Of a stretch of DNA of 64,000 nucleotides, positions 55,424 through 63,430 are shown in pieces. A program made the position numbers and the translations under genes. The notes below the pieces were generated by a model. That model saw nothing but the letters and a program-made list of their open reading frames with translations. It had not been told where the DNA came from and did not search any database. Origin of the DNA: Candidatus Zambryskibacteria bacterium RIFCSPHIGHO2_01_FULL_46_25 (GTDB taxonomy: Bacteria > Patescibacteriota > Minisyncoccia > Phycocordibacterales > Zambryskibacteraceae). The DNA lies in assembly GCA_001825155.1 (NCBI GenBank), contig MHVH01000006.1, positions 4,939 through 68,938 of the forward strand, read 5' to 3'. Positions within the stretch are counted from its first letter, which is position 1. Each line of letters starts with the position of its first letter.

Positions 55424-55711
55424 TTATTTTCCCAGTCTTTTCTTTGCGATTTTGTAAACTTCGCTTCGATGGCCGACGATGTGGATGAAAATCCCGTCCT
55501 TTTCGATGGAATAGATGACGCGGAAATCTCCGGCACGGAGCTTCCATAAATTCTTAAGGAAGCCGCGCATAGGCTCGCCATAAAGTTCCGGAAGTGTAAG
55601 AAGCCTTTGCTTGATTAACTTGTGTATTCGCTGACGAAGGGTGGAATCTAAACGAGGAAGGTCGTATTTTATAACCAACCGATGGAGTCTGATCTTATTT
55701 CCAGAACTCAT
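55424..55711 (-). CDS. RelE/ParE-family toxin
   Basis: C-terminal DFRVIYSIEKDGIFIHIVGHRSEVY pattern. Confidence 0.55.
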   Translation of the reverse strand: MSSGNKIRLHRLVIKYDLPRLDSTLRQRIHKLIKQRLLTLPELYGEPMRGFLKNLWKLRAGDFRVIYSIEKDGIFIHIVGHRSEVYKIAKKRLGK

Positions 55712-55919
55712 CTCTGTCTAAAATGTATTTACTGCCGTCATTCCTGCGCTGTTCGGCCGTATCCCCCAGTCTGAAGTCCTCTTCAAGTTCAAGTGCATCA
55801 TTAAGCAAGCGAGTTGTTATGGTCGCCTTGGGGACATTGGCTTTCTTGGCAAGGAGATTCAGGATTTTGTCCGTCTCTTTGTCAATTGTTATATTTATTC
55901 TTTTTTTCAACGTTGGCAT
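55695..55919 (-). CDS. ribbon-helix-helix (CopG-like) antitoxin
   Basis: 74 aa; KKRINITIDKETDKILNLLAKK RHH motif; overlaps the toxin by 17 nt. Confidence 0.5.
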   Translation of the reverse strand: MPTLKKRINITIDKETDKILNLLAKKANVPKATITTRLLNDALELEEDFRLGDTAEQRRNDGSKYILDRDEFWK

Positions 55920-55972
55920 AGATTAAGTGTATCAAAAGTGTATCACCCATGCAAGACGTTCCAAAATGCTGT

Positions 55973-57445
55973 TTATTTCACCTTGTATTCTTCTCGGATT
56001 TTTTCGACTTCTTTCTCGTCTTCGCTCGCGTTTTTTGCTCTCGCTTCCCTGCCGACACGGGCAAGTTCTTGCGGGTCGAGGTCGTATAGTTCCTTTACTC
56101 GCGTTTCCAAATAATTTTTGTCATTCTTCTTCGGTTCGTCGAGCACTTCGGAGAGAAGTATTTCGAGAATGAAGCCTACGTGCGGACCCGGGCCCGCTTT
56201 AGTCAGCTTCATAATATCTTCGCCACCGACACTAAGCTGTTTTACGGAAATGGGATCACGCATAACCTCTTCTATCATCGAGTGGTACTTGCGCAGGCGA
56301 TACGGCGTCTCCTTGGGTCTCCCGGTGCCTATTCGATCGGCTGCCCTCATGTTCATAAGGTCCCAGACAAGGTCCGGGCCGACATTTCTCACCATTCTTC
56401 GCACCGCGGAGAGCGTAATTTGCTCCGTATCGGAGAAGAACATGTGCCAGCGCACGAGCTTGTGTGTCTTCTCGATTATTTCCTTTGAGAATTTCAAATT
56501 CTCAAGGACTTTTCGCGTAATACGCGAACCCACCACCTCGTGTCCATAGAAAGTGGGCTGACCATTCTTCACGGCCTTGGTGTGCGGCTTGGCAATGTCG
56601 TGGAAGAGCGCGGACAAACGGACGTGGAGAGGAAAATTTCTCTTCGCGGCATGGTTAAGAGAGCGAAGTAAGTGCTCCCAGACGGTGTAGGCATGCGCCT
56701 GATTCTGTTCCACTCCTATCCCCTTCTCGAATTCTTCCGAAATATATTTGAGTATGCTGAGCCGCGCGCACATCTCGAGTGCTATGCCCGGCTCGGGAGA
56801 CATAATAATTTTTGCGAACTCGTCTCTTATTCTTTCTTTCGAAATTTTCTCAAGCAGGTGCGTGCATTTGCTTATCGCTTCCAGCGTTTCGTGTTCTACG
56901 GCGAAACCGAGCTCTGCCGAGAGGCGTAGCGCGCGGAAAATGCGCAAAGCGTCTTCGCCGAAGCGTTCCTCCGGCTTCCCCACCGTGCGAATAATCTTTT
57001 TCTCAATATCTTTCTGCCCGCCGAATGGATCAATAGGATTTAGGATTTGAGATTTAGGATTTATGTCCAGAGCAATTGCATTCATAGTAAAATCTCTTCT
57101 CGCCAGGTCGTCTTCGAGCTTGTTCGCCCACTCTATTTTGTCTGGATGGCGTGCGTCGGAATATTCTGACTCGAGTCTGTACGGAGTGACTTCAACAATG
57201 CCAGTCGTCTCAGTCTTCACTCCCACTGTGCCGAAATCGTTTTCGTAGAAAGAATCCGGGAAAAGTTCAATGATCTTTTCCGGCGTGGCAATAGTGGTGA
57301 TGTCCCAATCTTTCGGTGTGCGGCCCATAATCAAATCGCGCACGCATCCGCCAACGAGAAAATTCTCGAATCCGGCATCGCTCAAGACGCGCGAGATTTC
57401 TCTCACATCTTTTGGAATTTCAAATTTAGATTTAATGGATGCCAT
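55973..57445 (-). CDS. cca: CCA-adding tRNA nucleotidyltransferase (polymerase head plus HD domain)
   Basis: Start set at MASIKSKF; GGCVRDLIMG...DWDIT head motif; HD motif (HDIAKP); in-frame TTTAGGATTT repeat at 57034-57064. Confidence 0.8.
   Translation of the reverse strand: MASIKSKFEIPKDVREISRVLSDAGFENFLVGGCVRDLIMGRTPKDWDITTIATPEKIIELFPDSFYENDFGTVGVKTETTGIVEVTPYRLESEYSDARHPDKIEWANKLEDDLARRDFTMNAIALDINPKSQILNPIDPFGGQKDIEKKIIRTVGKPEERFGEDALRIFRALRLSAELGFAVEHETLEAISKCTHLLEKISKERIRDEFAKIIMSPEPGIALEMCARLSILKYISEEFEKGIGVEQNQAHAYTVWEHLLRSLNHAAKRNFPLHVRLSALFHDIAKPHTKAVKNGQPTFYGHEVVGSRITRKVLENLKFSKEIIEKTHKLVRWHMFFSDTEQITLSAVRRMVRNVGPDLVWDLMNMRAADRIGTGRPKETPYRLRKYHSMIEEVMRDPISVKQLSVGGEDIMKLTKAGPGPHVGFILEILLSEVLDEPKKNDKNYLETRVKELYDLDPQELARVGREARAKNASEDEKEVEKIREEYKVK
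57034..57064. repeat. tandem TAGGATTT units embedded in-frame in cca (translated INPKSQILNPID)
   Basis: taggatttaggatttgagatttaggattt. Confidence 0.85.
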
Positions 57446-57604
57446 TGGTTTAATTATACATTTTGTTGTGGTCAGGAATATTCTGCTCGCCGTCGCTCGC
57501 AGAATTTCACGACCCTGACTCGGCTGTTTTGCGAGGCCGCAAAACATGCCTCCGTCCCGCACTAGTAGCGGAAATCAGCAGCAGTGCTGATTTCCGGCTC
57601 TAGT

Positions 57605-57677
57605 GCGCCCAGAGGGACTCGAACCCCCAACCCCTTGTTCCGAAGACAAGTACTCTATCCATTGAGCTATGGGCGCA
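57605..57677 (-). tRNA. tRNA-Arg, anticodon TCG
   Basis: Minus-strand cloverleaf: acceptor GCGCCCA/TGGGCGC; anticodon stem CTTGT/ACAAG with loop CTTCGGA; T-arm GGGGG-TTCGAGT-CCCTC. Confidence 0.65.
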
Positions 57678-57739
57678 ACAAACATATCCTACAATAATAC
57701 TCGATTTTTTTCCTTTATTACGCTATTATCTTTTCACTA

Positions 57740-57810
57740 GCGGGTATGGTTCAGTGGCAGAACAATTGGTTGCCAATCAATTGACGGGAGTTCGATTCTC
57801 CCTACCCGCA
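57740..57810 (+). tRNA. tRNA-Gly, anticodon GCC
   Basis: Acceptor GCGGGTA/TACCCGC; anticodon loop TTGCCAA; T-arm GGGAG-TTCGATT-CTCCC. Confidence 0.65.
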
Positions 57811-57828
57811 CATGGTGGCGCTCATAGT

Positions 57829-57899
57829 CGGGGTGTAGTACAGCAGTAGTATACACGCTTCGGGTGCGTGAGACCCGAGTGCGATTCTCGGCACCCCGA
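57829..57899 (+). tRNA. tRNA-Pro, anticodon CGG
   Basis: Acceptor CGGGGTG/CACCCCG; anticodon stem CACGC/GCGTG with loop TTCGGGT; T-arm CCGAG-TGCGATT-CTCGG. Confidence 0.6.
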
Positions 57900-57917
57900 C
57901 TCTGAGCATCACCGAAG

Positions 57918-57988
57918 CGGGCTGTAGTATAGTGGTAGTATATATGCTTTGGGAGCATAAGGTCTGGGTTCGATTCCCAGCAGCCCGA
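57918..57988 (+). tRNA. tRNA-Pro, anticodon TGG
   Basis: Acceptor CGGGCTG/CAGCCCG; anticodon stem TATGC/GCATA with loop TTTGGGA; T-arm CTGGG-TTCGATT-CCCAG. Confidence 0.6.
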
Positions 57989-57996
57989 CACGTAAA

Positions 57997-58067
57997 CGGA
58001 GTATAGTATAGTGGTAGTATACATCCATGGGGTGGATGAGGCTCCGGTTCGATTCCGGGTACTCCGA
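57997..58067 (+). tRNA. tRNA-Pro, anticodon GGG
   Basis: Acceptor CGGAGTA/TACTCCG; anticodon stem CATCC/GGATG with loop ATGGGGT; T-arm CCGG-TTCGATT-CCGG. Confidence 0.6.
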
Positions 58068-58076
58068 AACAATAAT

Positions 58077-58147
58077 GCGGGACTAGTTTAGTGGTAAAAC
58101 AACAGTTTTCCAAACTGTGGTCGGGAGTCCGATTCTCCCGTCCCGCA
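58077..58147 (+). tRNA. tRNA-Trp, anticodon CCA
   Basis: Acceptor GCGGGAC/GTCCCGC; anticodon stem CAGTT/AACTG with loop TTCCAAA; T-arm GGGAG-TCCGATT-CTCCC. Confidence 0.7.
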
Positions 58148-58150
58148 CCT

Positions 58151-58549
58151 CTAAATCACTATATTCTCTATCATCTCCACCCTCGCTCTGCGGGTGGTCA
58201 TGTCCATTTTTACCGTAATAAGGTCCAATTGCCAGTCACATTCCAGTTTCCTGTGTAACAAATAGGTCTGGATTACCCTACCCAAACGCTTAAGCTTCCA
58301 AGGATGCATATTCTCCTCCGGCCTTACCAAGGCAAGGCCTTGGTAAGTTACACAAGAAACACTTTTTACCTCTACAAAGTGAATAATATTAGCTTTTTTA
58401 GTCACTATATCTATTTCGCCCCACTTCCTTAGATAATTGCGCTCAACTATCTCATACCCGTGTTTCTTGAGAAACTCGCAGGCGATATTCTCGCCGATAT
58501 CGCCCAGTTTGCGTTTAGGAGTTCTAGTATCGGGTTTCATGATTAACAT
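58151..58549 (-). CDS. YraN-family (UPF0102) endonuclease-like protein
   Basis: GEIDIV...FVEVK core of the YraN restriction-endonuclease-like fold. Confidence 0.65.
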   Translation of the reverse strand: MLIMKPDTRTPKRKLGDIGENIACEFLKKHGYEIVERNYLRKWGEIDIVTKKANIIHFVEVKSVSCVTYQGLALVRPEENMHPWKLKRLGRVIQTYLLHRKLECDWQLDLITVKMDMTTRRARVEMIENIVI

Positions 58550-59086
58550 TGAGTTATATGTTTCATATGAAACATAGTTTTTATAAATATGGCTTAAATT
58601 AGGGACATTTTAAGGGACTACTCTTAAATAATATGTCTTTTAGTACACATATTCCACATACTTATCCACAGTTTGTGAAATTCCTTGTGAAATAAGCAAG
58701 GGTTTAAGCAGTTTTATAAAAAGGACATACAAAAACCGCCAACGGGCTTATTGACGGTTTTTACCGCCTCCTTGTGTTTTGCAAGTTGGCGGGGAACTCT
58801 ATTAGTACCACTCGACGCACAACACCAAACAAAACGGTGAAAAGATAGTTCCAGTAAGAAAGAGGGAAGCAGTTACGCCTGGGATCTAAAATGAATGTTG
58901 AGGATCCGTCGTATGCTCCTGACTTCTCCAAACCAGAACAGCTTCTCGAAAAGTCGTACGTACGTAAAAAGAACGTAAAGAACGGAACCAATAGCATTGG
59001 CTTGCAGAAGGCAAGCACTGCCGGGCGTCTGTAGCCATCTTAATCCTTAAAGGACAAATATAAAAGACAAATCTGTGGACAGCACG

Positions 59087-59878
59087 CTAATCTTTCAAGG
59101 TTAGCTTCACGGGACAGTGGTCGGAACCCATAATTTCGTCAAGTATCTTAATAGATTTTACCTTCTCTAACATCTCGGGGGAGGCAAAGAAGTAGTCAAT
59201 CCGCCAGCCGACATTGCGCTCGCGAGCGAAGCTCTTCATATCCCAGTATGTATAAGCGTCCGTCTTCTCCGGGTGGAAGTGACGGAAGACGTCTGTCCAT
59301 CCGTGGGAAGCAAGTTTGTCTACCCAGGCGCGTTCTATGGGGAGGAAGCCTATGTGAGTTTCGTTCTCCTTGGGTCTGGCAAGGTCTATTGCTTTGTGAG
59401 CCACATTCACATCTCCACAGAAGATAATAGGCTTATTGAGCCTGTCCGCCTGTCCGGTGGCGGATAACTTATCGATAAATTCTAGGAAATAGTCATAGAA
59501 ATCAAGCTTATATCGCAATCTCTCTGGCGCTCCGCCGCCGTTGGGGAAATAGCAGTTTATCAAGATAAAATCCTTATACTCGGCCATTATTAGCCGCCCT
59601 TCTTGGTCGAAGGCCTCAATGCCAAGGTCTCGGGTAATCTTCAAGGGTTTCTCTTTGCTGTATATAGCAACGCCGCTGTAGCCCTTCTTGACGGTAGGGA
59701 AGTGGAAGTAGGAATGGTAGCCCTCCGGGTCCCTTGCCTCCTGAGGAAGCTGGTCGGGCAGAGCCTTGGTCTCCTGTAAGCATAGGATGTCTGGTTTCAT
59801 ATGGAACACTTCGGCCAAATTGCCTTTCTTATGCACCGCTCTGACGCCGTTCACATTCCAGGAGATGATTTCTCGCAT
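59087..59878 (-). CDS. xth: exodeoxyribonuclease III (AP endonuclease Xth family)
   Basis: MREIISWNVNG, LQETK, SDHCPV motifs. Confidence 0.85.
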   Translation of the reverse strand: MREIISWNVNGVRAVHKKGNLAEVFHMKPDILCLQETKALPDQLPQEARDPEGYHSYFHFPTVKKGYSGVAIYSKEKPLKITRDLGIEAFDQEGRLIMAEYKDFILINCYFPNGGGAPERLRYKLDFYDYFLEFIDKLSATGQADRLNKPIIFCGDVNVAHKAIDLARPKENETHIGFLPIERAWVDKLASHGWTDVFRHFHPEKTDAYTYWDMKSFARERNVGWRIDYFFASPEMLEKVKSIKILDEIMGSDHCPVKLTLKD

Positions 59879-59906
59879 ATGCTTATGTTACAATATTTAG
59901 AAATAT

Positions 59907-60293
59907 ATGACTAAGAAAATACTTGCTTACGTTCTCGTTATTGTGATTCTCGCCGTGGCCGGATTTGCCGCCTATCGCGTCTTCAATAAACCCGATGAGC
60001 TGTCGTCGGAAAAAGCGGTCAAGCTCAATCTCGCCGAAATATCGTTCGAAGGGCAAGTCATCTCGATTGCGGGAGGCGTTGTAACAGCACGTGCCGGCCG
60101 AGTGCAGAGGACGGACGAGGGTAATGCGCTGGTTATGTATGATAGGGAGATAATCTTCTCCGGCACGGAAGGCAAAAACATTTTCGATAATCTCAAAGTA
60201 GGGGACAAAGCGGTTTTTTACGGCAAGGGCGACATCAATTCCGCCACCGACAACTCCAAGTTCACGGCGTACAAAGTGGTGAAGATTAAATAA
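59907..60293 (+). CDS. hypothetical secreted/membrane-anchored protein
   Basis: N-terminal TM; no family recognised. Confidence 0.4.
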   Translation: MTKKILAYVLVIVILAVAGFAAYRVFNKPDELSSEKAVKLNLAEISFEGQVISIAGGVVTARAGRVQRTDEGNALVMYDREIIFSGTEGKNIFDNLKVGDKAVFYGKGDINSATDNSKFTAYKVVKIK

Positions 60294-60405
60294 AGGGTTG
60301 ATTGGAACTAGCAAGTACGGTTTTTACTAGGCATAGGTTTATGTGGAAAACCTACTAATTTTGCTTGACTTTAGTAGGTTTAGACATTAAACTTAGTAAA
60401 CTCCT

Positions 60406-61134
60406 ATGATTGACGGTAAAGTACGAATAAGTGAAGCGGCGAAGATACTTGGAGTATCCGTCTCGACTCTTCGGAATTGGGAAGGGTCTGGGAAGCTCTA
60501 TGCGGAAAGAAGTGTTGGAAACCAGCGTTATTACCACTTGGCGGAACTTAAAAAGTTTGCCGCCGATATAGAGGCTCTGGGATTAGTGTGGGCAACAAGC
60601 GCGATACCACCAGAACTTCCTCCCGAATATTATTGCGAGTTACCTGACCGTTTTACAAGTCGAGTGACAAAAATGGGTATGGAACTCCAAGGAGACGTTC
60701 GCTTCTCGGAAGAGTTGGATTCACTCATCACTCTGGTTGCGAGCGAGATTGGCGATAATTCTTTTGCCCATAATGTGGGTAATTGGCCAGATAGTCCAGG
60801 CGCGTTCTATGCCTATGACCTTAGAAAGAGAGTCATAGTGATAGCTGACCGTGGTCGAGGCGTTAAGGCAACTCTTAGACAAGTAAGACCATCTATTGCC
60901 ACTGATATGGAAGCTTTGAAGGTTGCCTTTACGGAAATTATTTCTGGAAGAAATCCAGAAAAAAGAGGACAGGGGTTGAAGGTTGTACTTAAAGTTCTTG
61001 AGTCACGTGAAGTGGGACTTTTTTACCGTTCTGGTATTGGAGTCGTTACCGTCCCGGTTAAGAAGCCGGGCTATCTCAGTATTGGCCTGGCGGACCAAAA
61101 TGTGCGAGGCACATACTGTGTTATAAAGTTCTAA
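60406..61134 (+). CDS. MerR-family HTH fused to a GHKL (histidine-kinase-like) ATPase domain
   Basis: HTH ISEAAKILGVSVSTLRNWE; ATPase-like ASEIGDNSFAHN...IADRGRGV...RGQGLKVV. Confidence 0.5.
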   Translation: MIDGKVRISEAAKILGVSVSTLRNWEGSGKLYAERSVGNQRYYHLAELKKFAADIEALGLVWATSAIPPELPPEYYCELPDRFTSRVTKMGMELQGDVRFSEELDSLITLVASEIGDNSFAHNVGNWPDSPGAFYAYDLRKRVIVIADRGRGVKATLRQVRPSIATDMEALKVAFTEIISGRNPEKRGQGLKVVLKVLESREVGLFYRSGIGVVTVPVKKPGYLSIGLADQNVRGTYCVIKF

Positions 61135-61141
61135 AATCATT

Positions 61142-61459
61142 ATGCAAACAATTCATCTCAAAAGATTCGGTAACGTGCTAGTGGGACGGCCCAATGGGCA
61201 AGAAGCCTTTAACGCGATTCGTCCTCAGCTAAATCAAAATATGCTTGTTCAGATCAACTTTGACGACGTTCTTACGGTCAATCCTTCTTGGCTTGATGAA
61301 TTTATTACGCGCCTTGCCGACTTCAATCACGGGAAGGTTGAGTTACTTCCCACAAATAATGCTTCTGTACGCATAGCACTTCCCGTAATAGCGAAGGAAC
61401 GCAAAGATTATGTAGCTGACATAGTAAATCGAGCCGTTAAGCAGATGGGGTTGAATTAA
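61142..61459 (+). CDS. DUF4325 (STAS-like) protein
   Basis: 105 aa; resembles ORF 53044..53334; immediately downstream of the HTH-ATPase gene. Confidence 0.45.
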   Translation: MQTIHLKRFGNVLVGRPNGQEAFNAIRPQLNQNMLVQINFDDVLTVNPSWLDEFITRLADFNHGKVELLPTNNASVRIALPVIAKERKDYVADIVNRAVKQMGLN

Positions 61460-61568
61460 AGGTTGATTTTTCTAGGAATAAGCGTTTAATATATACAGAT
61501 TAAGATTGGTCCGTATCTTTGAGAGGGGGACTCTGGAAGTTTCCCTTGAGGAAAGGAGGTAAAAAGTC

Positions 61569-61799
61569 ATGAAGAGAAAGAGAATCAGCAAGCCCTTCAG
61601 TTTCCCGGTGCAGAATCAGGACTTCGTCAAGTCGTGGAAATCCGGGAAACACAACTACTGCGTGGAAGTTGCGCAGAAGCCGGAAGGTGTCGCCGTGCGA
61701 GACAGCAAGAATCGCAGTGGCGCGACTCTGTTCTTCACGAACGCCGAGTGGAGCGCCTTTCTCGCAGGCGCGAAGAGCGGTCAGTTCGACACCAGGTAG
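61569..61799 (+). CDS. DUF397-family protein
   Basis: KSWKSGKHNYCVEVAQ...VAVRDSKNRSGATLFFTNAEWSAFLAGAKSGQFD matches the DUF397 pattern known from Actinobacteria; GC content above local average. Confidence 0.5.
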   Translation: MKRKRISKPFSFPVQNQDFVKSWKSGKHNYCVEVAQKPEGVAVRDSKNRSGATLFFTNAEWSAFLAGAKSGQFDTR

Positions 61800-61837
61800 G
61801 ACGAAGAGGAGGACTCCGTGTCCTCCTCTAAGTTTTT

Positions 61838-62284
61838 ATGTATTCATTTATGCATTCAAAAAAAAGAAACAAAAGAATAAATTTTTTCTACGGGCTAGGC
61901 GATAAACCATCTGATTATGGGGCGCTTTCCAAATATCTAAATATCATAAAAATCGATTGGAATAATCCAGGCAGCGAGAAGGTACCTCAGTGTGACACCG
62001 TTGTCGGATTTTCCATGGGATGTTTCTTGGCGTTGGATTATGCAGAGAAGCATCGGATCAAAAAGTTGGTACTGTGTTCTCTCCCCGTGTGCGAGAACGT
62101 AGGTCCAGTCAAGGCAGATGAAATAATTTTCTTAGTCGGAGAAAAGGAGAAATGGATTCTGAAAGAGATAAACCGAGTGCGTAAAAGTATGAAAAGTAGG
62201 AGCCAGCTATTCATGATACTGGGTGCAAAACATAAAATAACAGGGAACTATAGAAAAAAATTGTTAGAGGTTATCGGCAATTAA
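61838..62284 (+). CDS. hypothetical protein, possibly alpha/beta-hydrolase-like
   Basis: GFSMG pentapeptide resembles the GxSxG nucleophile elbow; weak. Confidence 0.3.
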   Translation: MYSFMHSKKRNKRINFFYGLGDKPSDYGALSKYLNIIKIDWNNPGSEKVPQCDTVVGFSMGCFLALDYAEKHRIKKLVLCSLPVCENVGPVKADEIIFLVGEKEKWILKEINRVRKSMKSRSQLFMILGAKHKITGNYRKKLLEVIGN

Positions 62285-62389
62285 CAGAAAATATTGTGGA
62301 TATAGAAGATTCTTGGAAAGTGAGTTGGGGATAACTTTATTAAAAGTGGCTTAAAATATGGATAAAGTGAGTAAGGGGGAAGATTTGAC

Positions 62390-62418
62390 TTGACTTTGCG
62401 AAAGAATGGAGGTATGCT
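62390..62418 (+). promoter_or_regulatory. sigma70-like promoter TTGACT-N17-TATGCT
   Basis: Read directly; about 55 nt upstream of the 62475 start; the 5' UTR contains the palindrome ccggaattctccgg. Confidence 0.45.
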
Positions 62419-62474
62419 AGATGCAGACAGTAAACCGTAACTTGCCGGAATTCTCCGGCGGAAAGTAGGGTCAC

Positions 62475-62843
62475 ATGACCAGCAGAATGCTTCGACAGCT
62501 TCTCGTCGTTGTGACGCTGGTTGTGATGACCAGCGCCTGTGAGCAGATGGCGCGCTCGACGGTTTCGCCTTCGCCCGTAGTCGTGCCCACGACGGGCACG
62601 GTGACAGCGAGTCCGGGCAGCACTTCGCTCGGGCACTCCGTCAACGTCTCGTGGACTGCCACTTCGTCGGTGCGCGTGGATGTCTGCAATGTGCAGTGCA
62701 GCACGCTCGCAACCGCCACGGTCTCCGGGCAGACCACGCACACGCCGTCTGCTCCGGGTGAGTGGCGGTACGTACTCTACGGCGTGGCTGCTCAGCCGGA
62801 CGTCTTCGTCCGTTTGGCGGAAACCTCGGTGACCGTTCGTTAG
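62475..62843 (+). CDS. GC-rich putative lipoprotein (Thr/Ser/Val-rich)
   Basis: Signal peptide with lipobox-like LVVMTSAC; followed by an intrinsic terminator; chosen over the antisense 62340..62849 ORF. Confidence 0.4.
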   Translation: MTSRMLRQLLVVVTLVVMTSACEQMARSTVSPSPVVVPTTGTVTASPGSTSLGHSVNVSWTATSSVRVDVCNVQCSTLATATVSGQTTHTPSAPGEWRYVLYGVAAQPDVFVRLAETSVTVR

Positions 62844-62875
62844 AGTCACCTAGTCGCGGTTCGTCCGCAGTTCGA

Positions 62876-62911
62876 ACTCCTCACACGCGCACGTGTGAGG
62901 AGTTTTTCTTA
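62876..62911 (+). terminator. rho-independent terminator
   Basis: aactcctcacacg-cgc-acgtgtgaggagtt then tttct. Confidence 0.65.
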
Positions 62912-62919
62912 TGATAATT

Positions 62920-63402
62920 TTAGGAGGGGGATTTAATTTTTTCATAAATAGTTCTGATCTCAACGATAAAGGGTCCTTCGAGGTAAAAAACAGGAATATT
63001 AATTGATTTTGCGAAATCATGTTCCCATTTGCTGCCAACACTCGTTTCCCACAGCGGGAGAAACAAGAGTGCCCCAATTTTTCCGGACTCAAGTATTGGT
63101 TTATAAAAGAATTCTAATAAAGGATAGTCGTATCCAGTGTGATTCTCAAGTATAAGATCCATCCTACGTTCGTAGGCCATTTGGTTGAATACGGGAATTC
63201 CAATTTTTTCCGCGGCTTGTATTGTGGAAGAAATACACTCGATGTTTTCGTCTATGTTGCCGAATCCTCCTGTTGAGATAGGTCCGCAGAATTGAATCAC
63301 AGATCCCTTCTTGACCTCTATCTCCTTTATAGCTTGTAGTGCGAGTTCAAAGAGAGATTTTTCAGCCCCGGCTGATTTTGTGGTCAATCTTTGACTATTC
63401 AT
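62920..63402 (-). CDS. hypothetical protein
   Basis: ORF track; no family recognised. Confidence 0.4.
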   Translation of the reverse strand: MNSQRLTTKSAGAEKSLFELALQAIKEIEVKKGSVIQFCGPISTGGFGNIDENIECISSTIQAAEKIGIPVFNQMAYERRMDLILENHTGYDYPLLEFFYKPILESGKIGALLFLPLWETSVGSKWEHDFAKSINIPVFYLEGPFIVEIRTIYEKIKSPS

Positions 63403-63430
63403 TTACTTCTATTGTAAAGTAGAGTTTAAC

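Noticed and set aside
57737-58113. Minus-strand ORFs 57737..58072 and 57802..58113 (111 and 103 aa)
   Set aside because: They lie entirely across the plus-strand tRNA-Gly/Pro/Pro/Pro cluster, so they are artefacts of structured RNA genes.
58761-59085. ORF 58761..59018 (85 aa) and a GGAAGCAG motif reminiscent of SRP-RNA helix 8
   Set aside because: The ORF has no start-proximal signals and poor composition. The RNA motif is too short, and the flanking pairing did not reproduce the 4.5S RNA fold by eye. Left unannotated.
62340-62849. Minus-strand 169-aa ORF antisense to the GC-rich lipoprotein gene
   Set aside because: Arg/His-rich low-complexity translation typical of the wrong frame in GC-rich DNA. 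The plus-strand ORF has a signal peptide, promoter and terminator.
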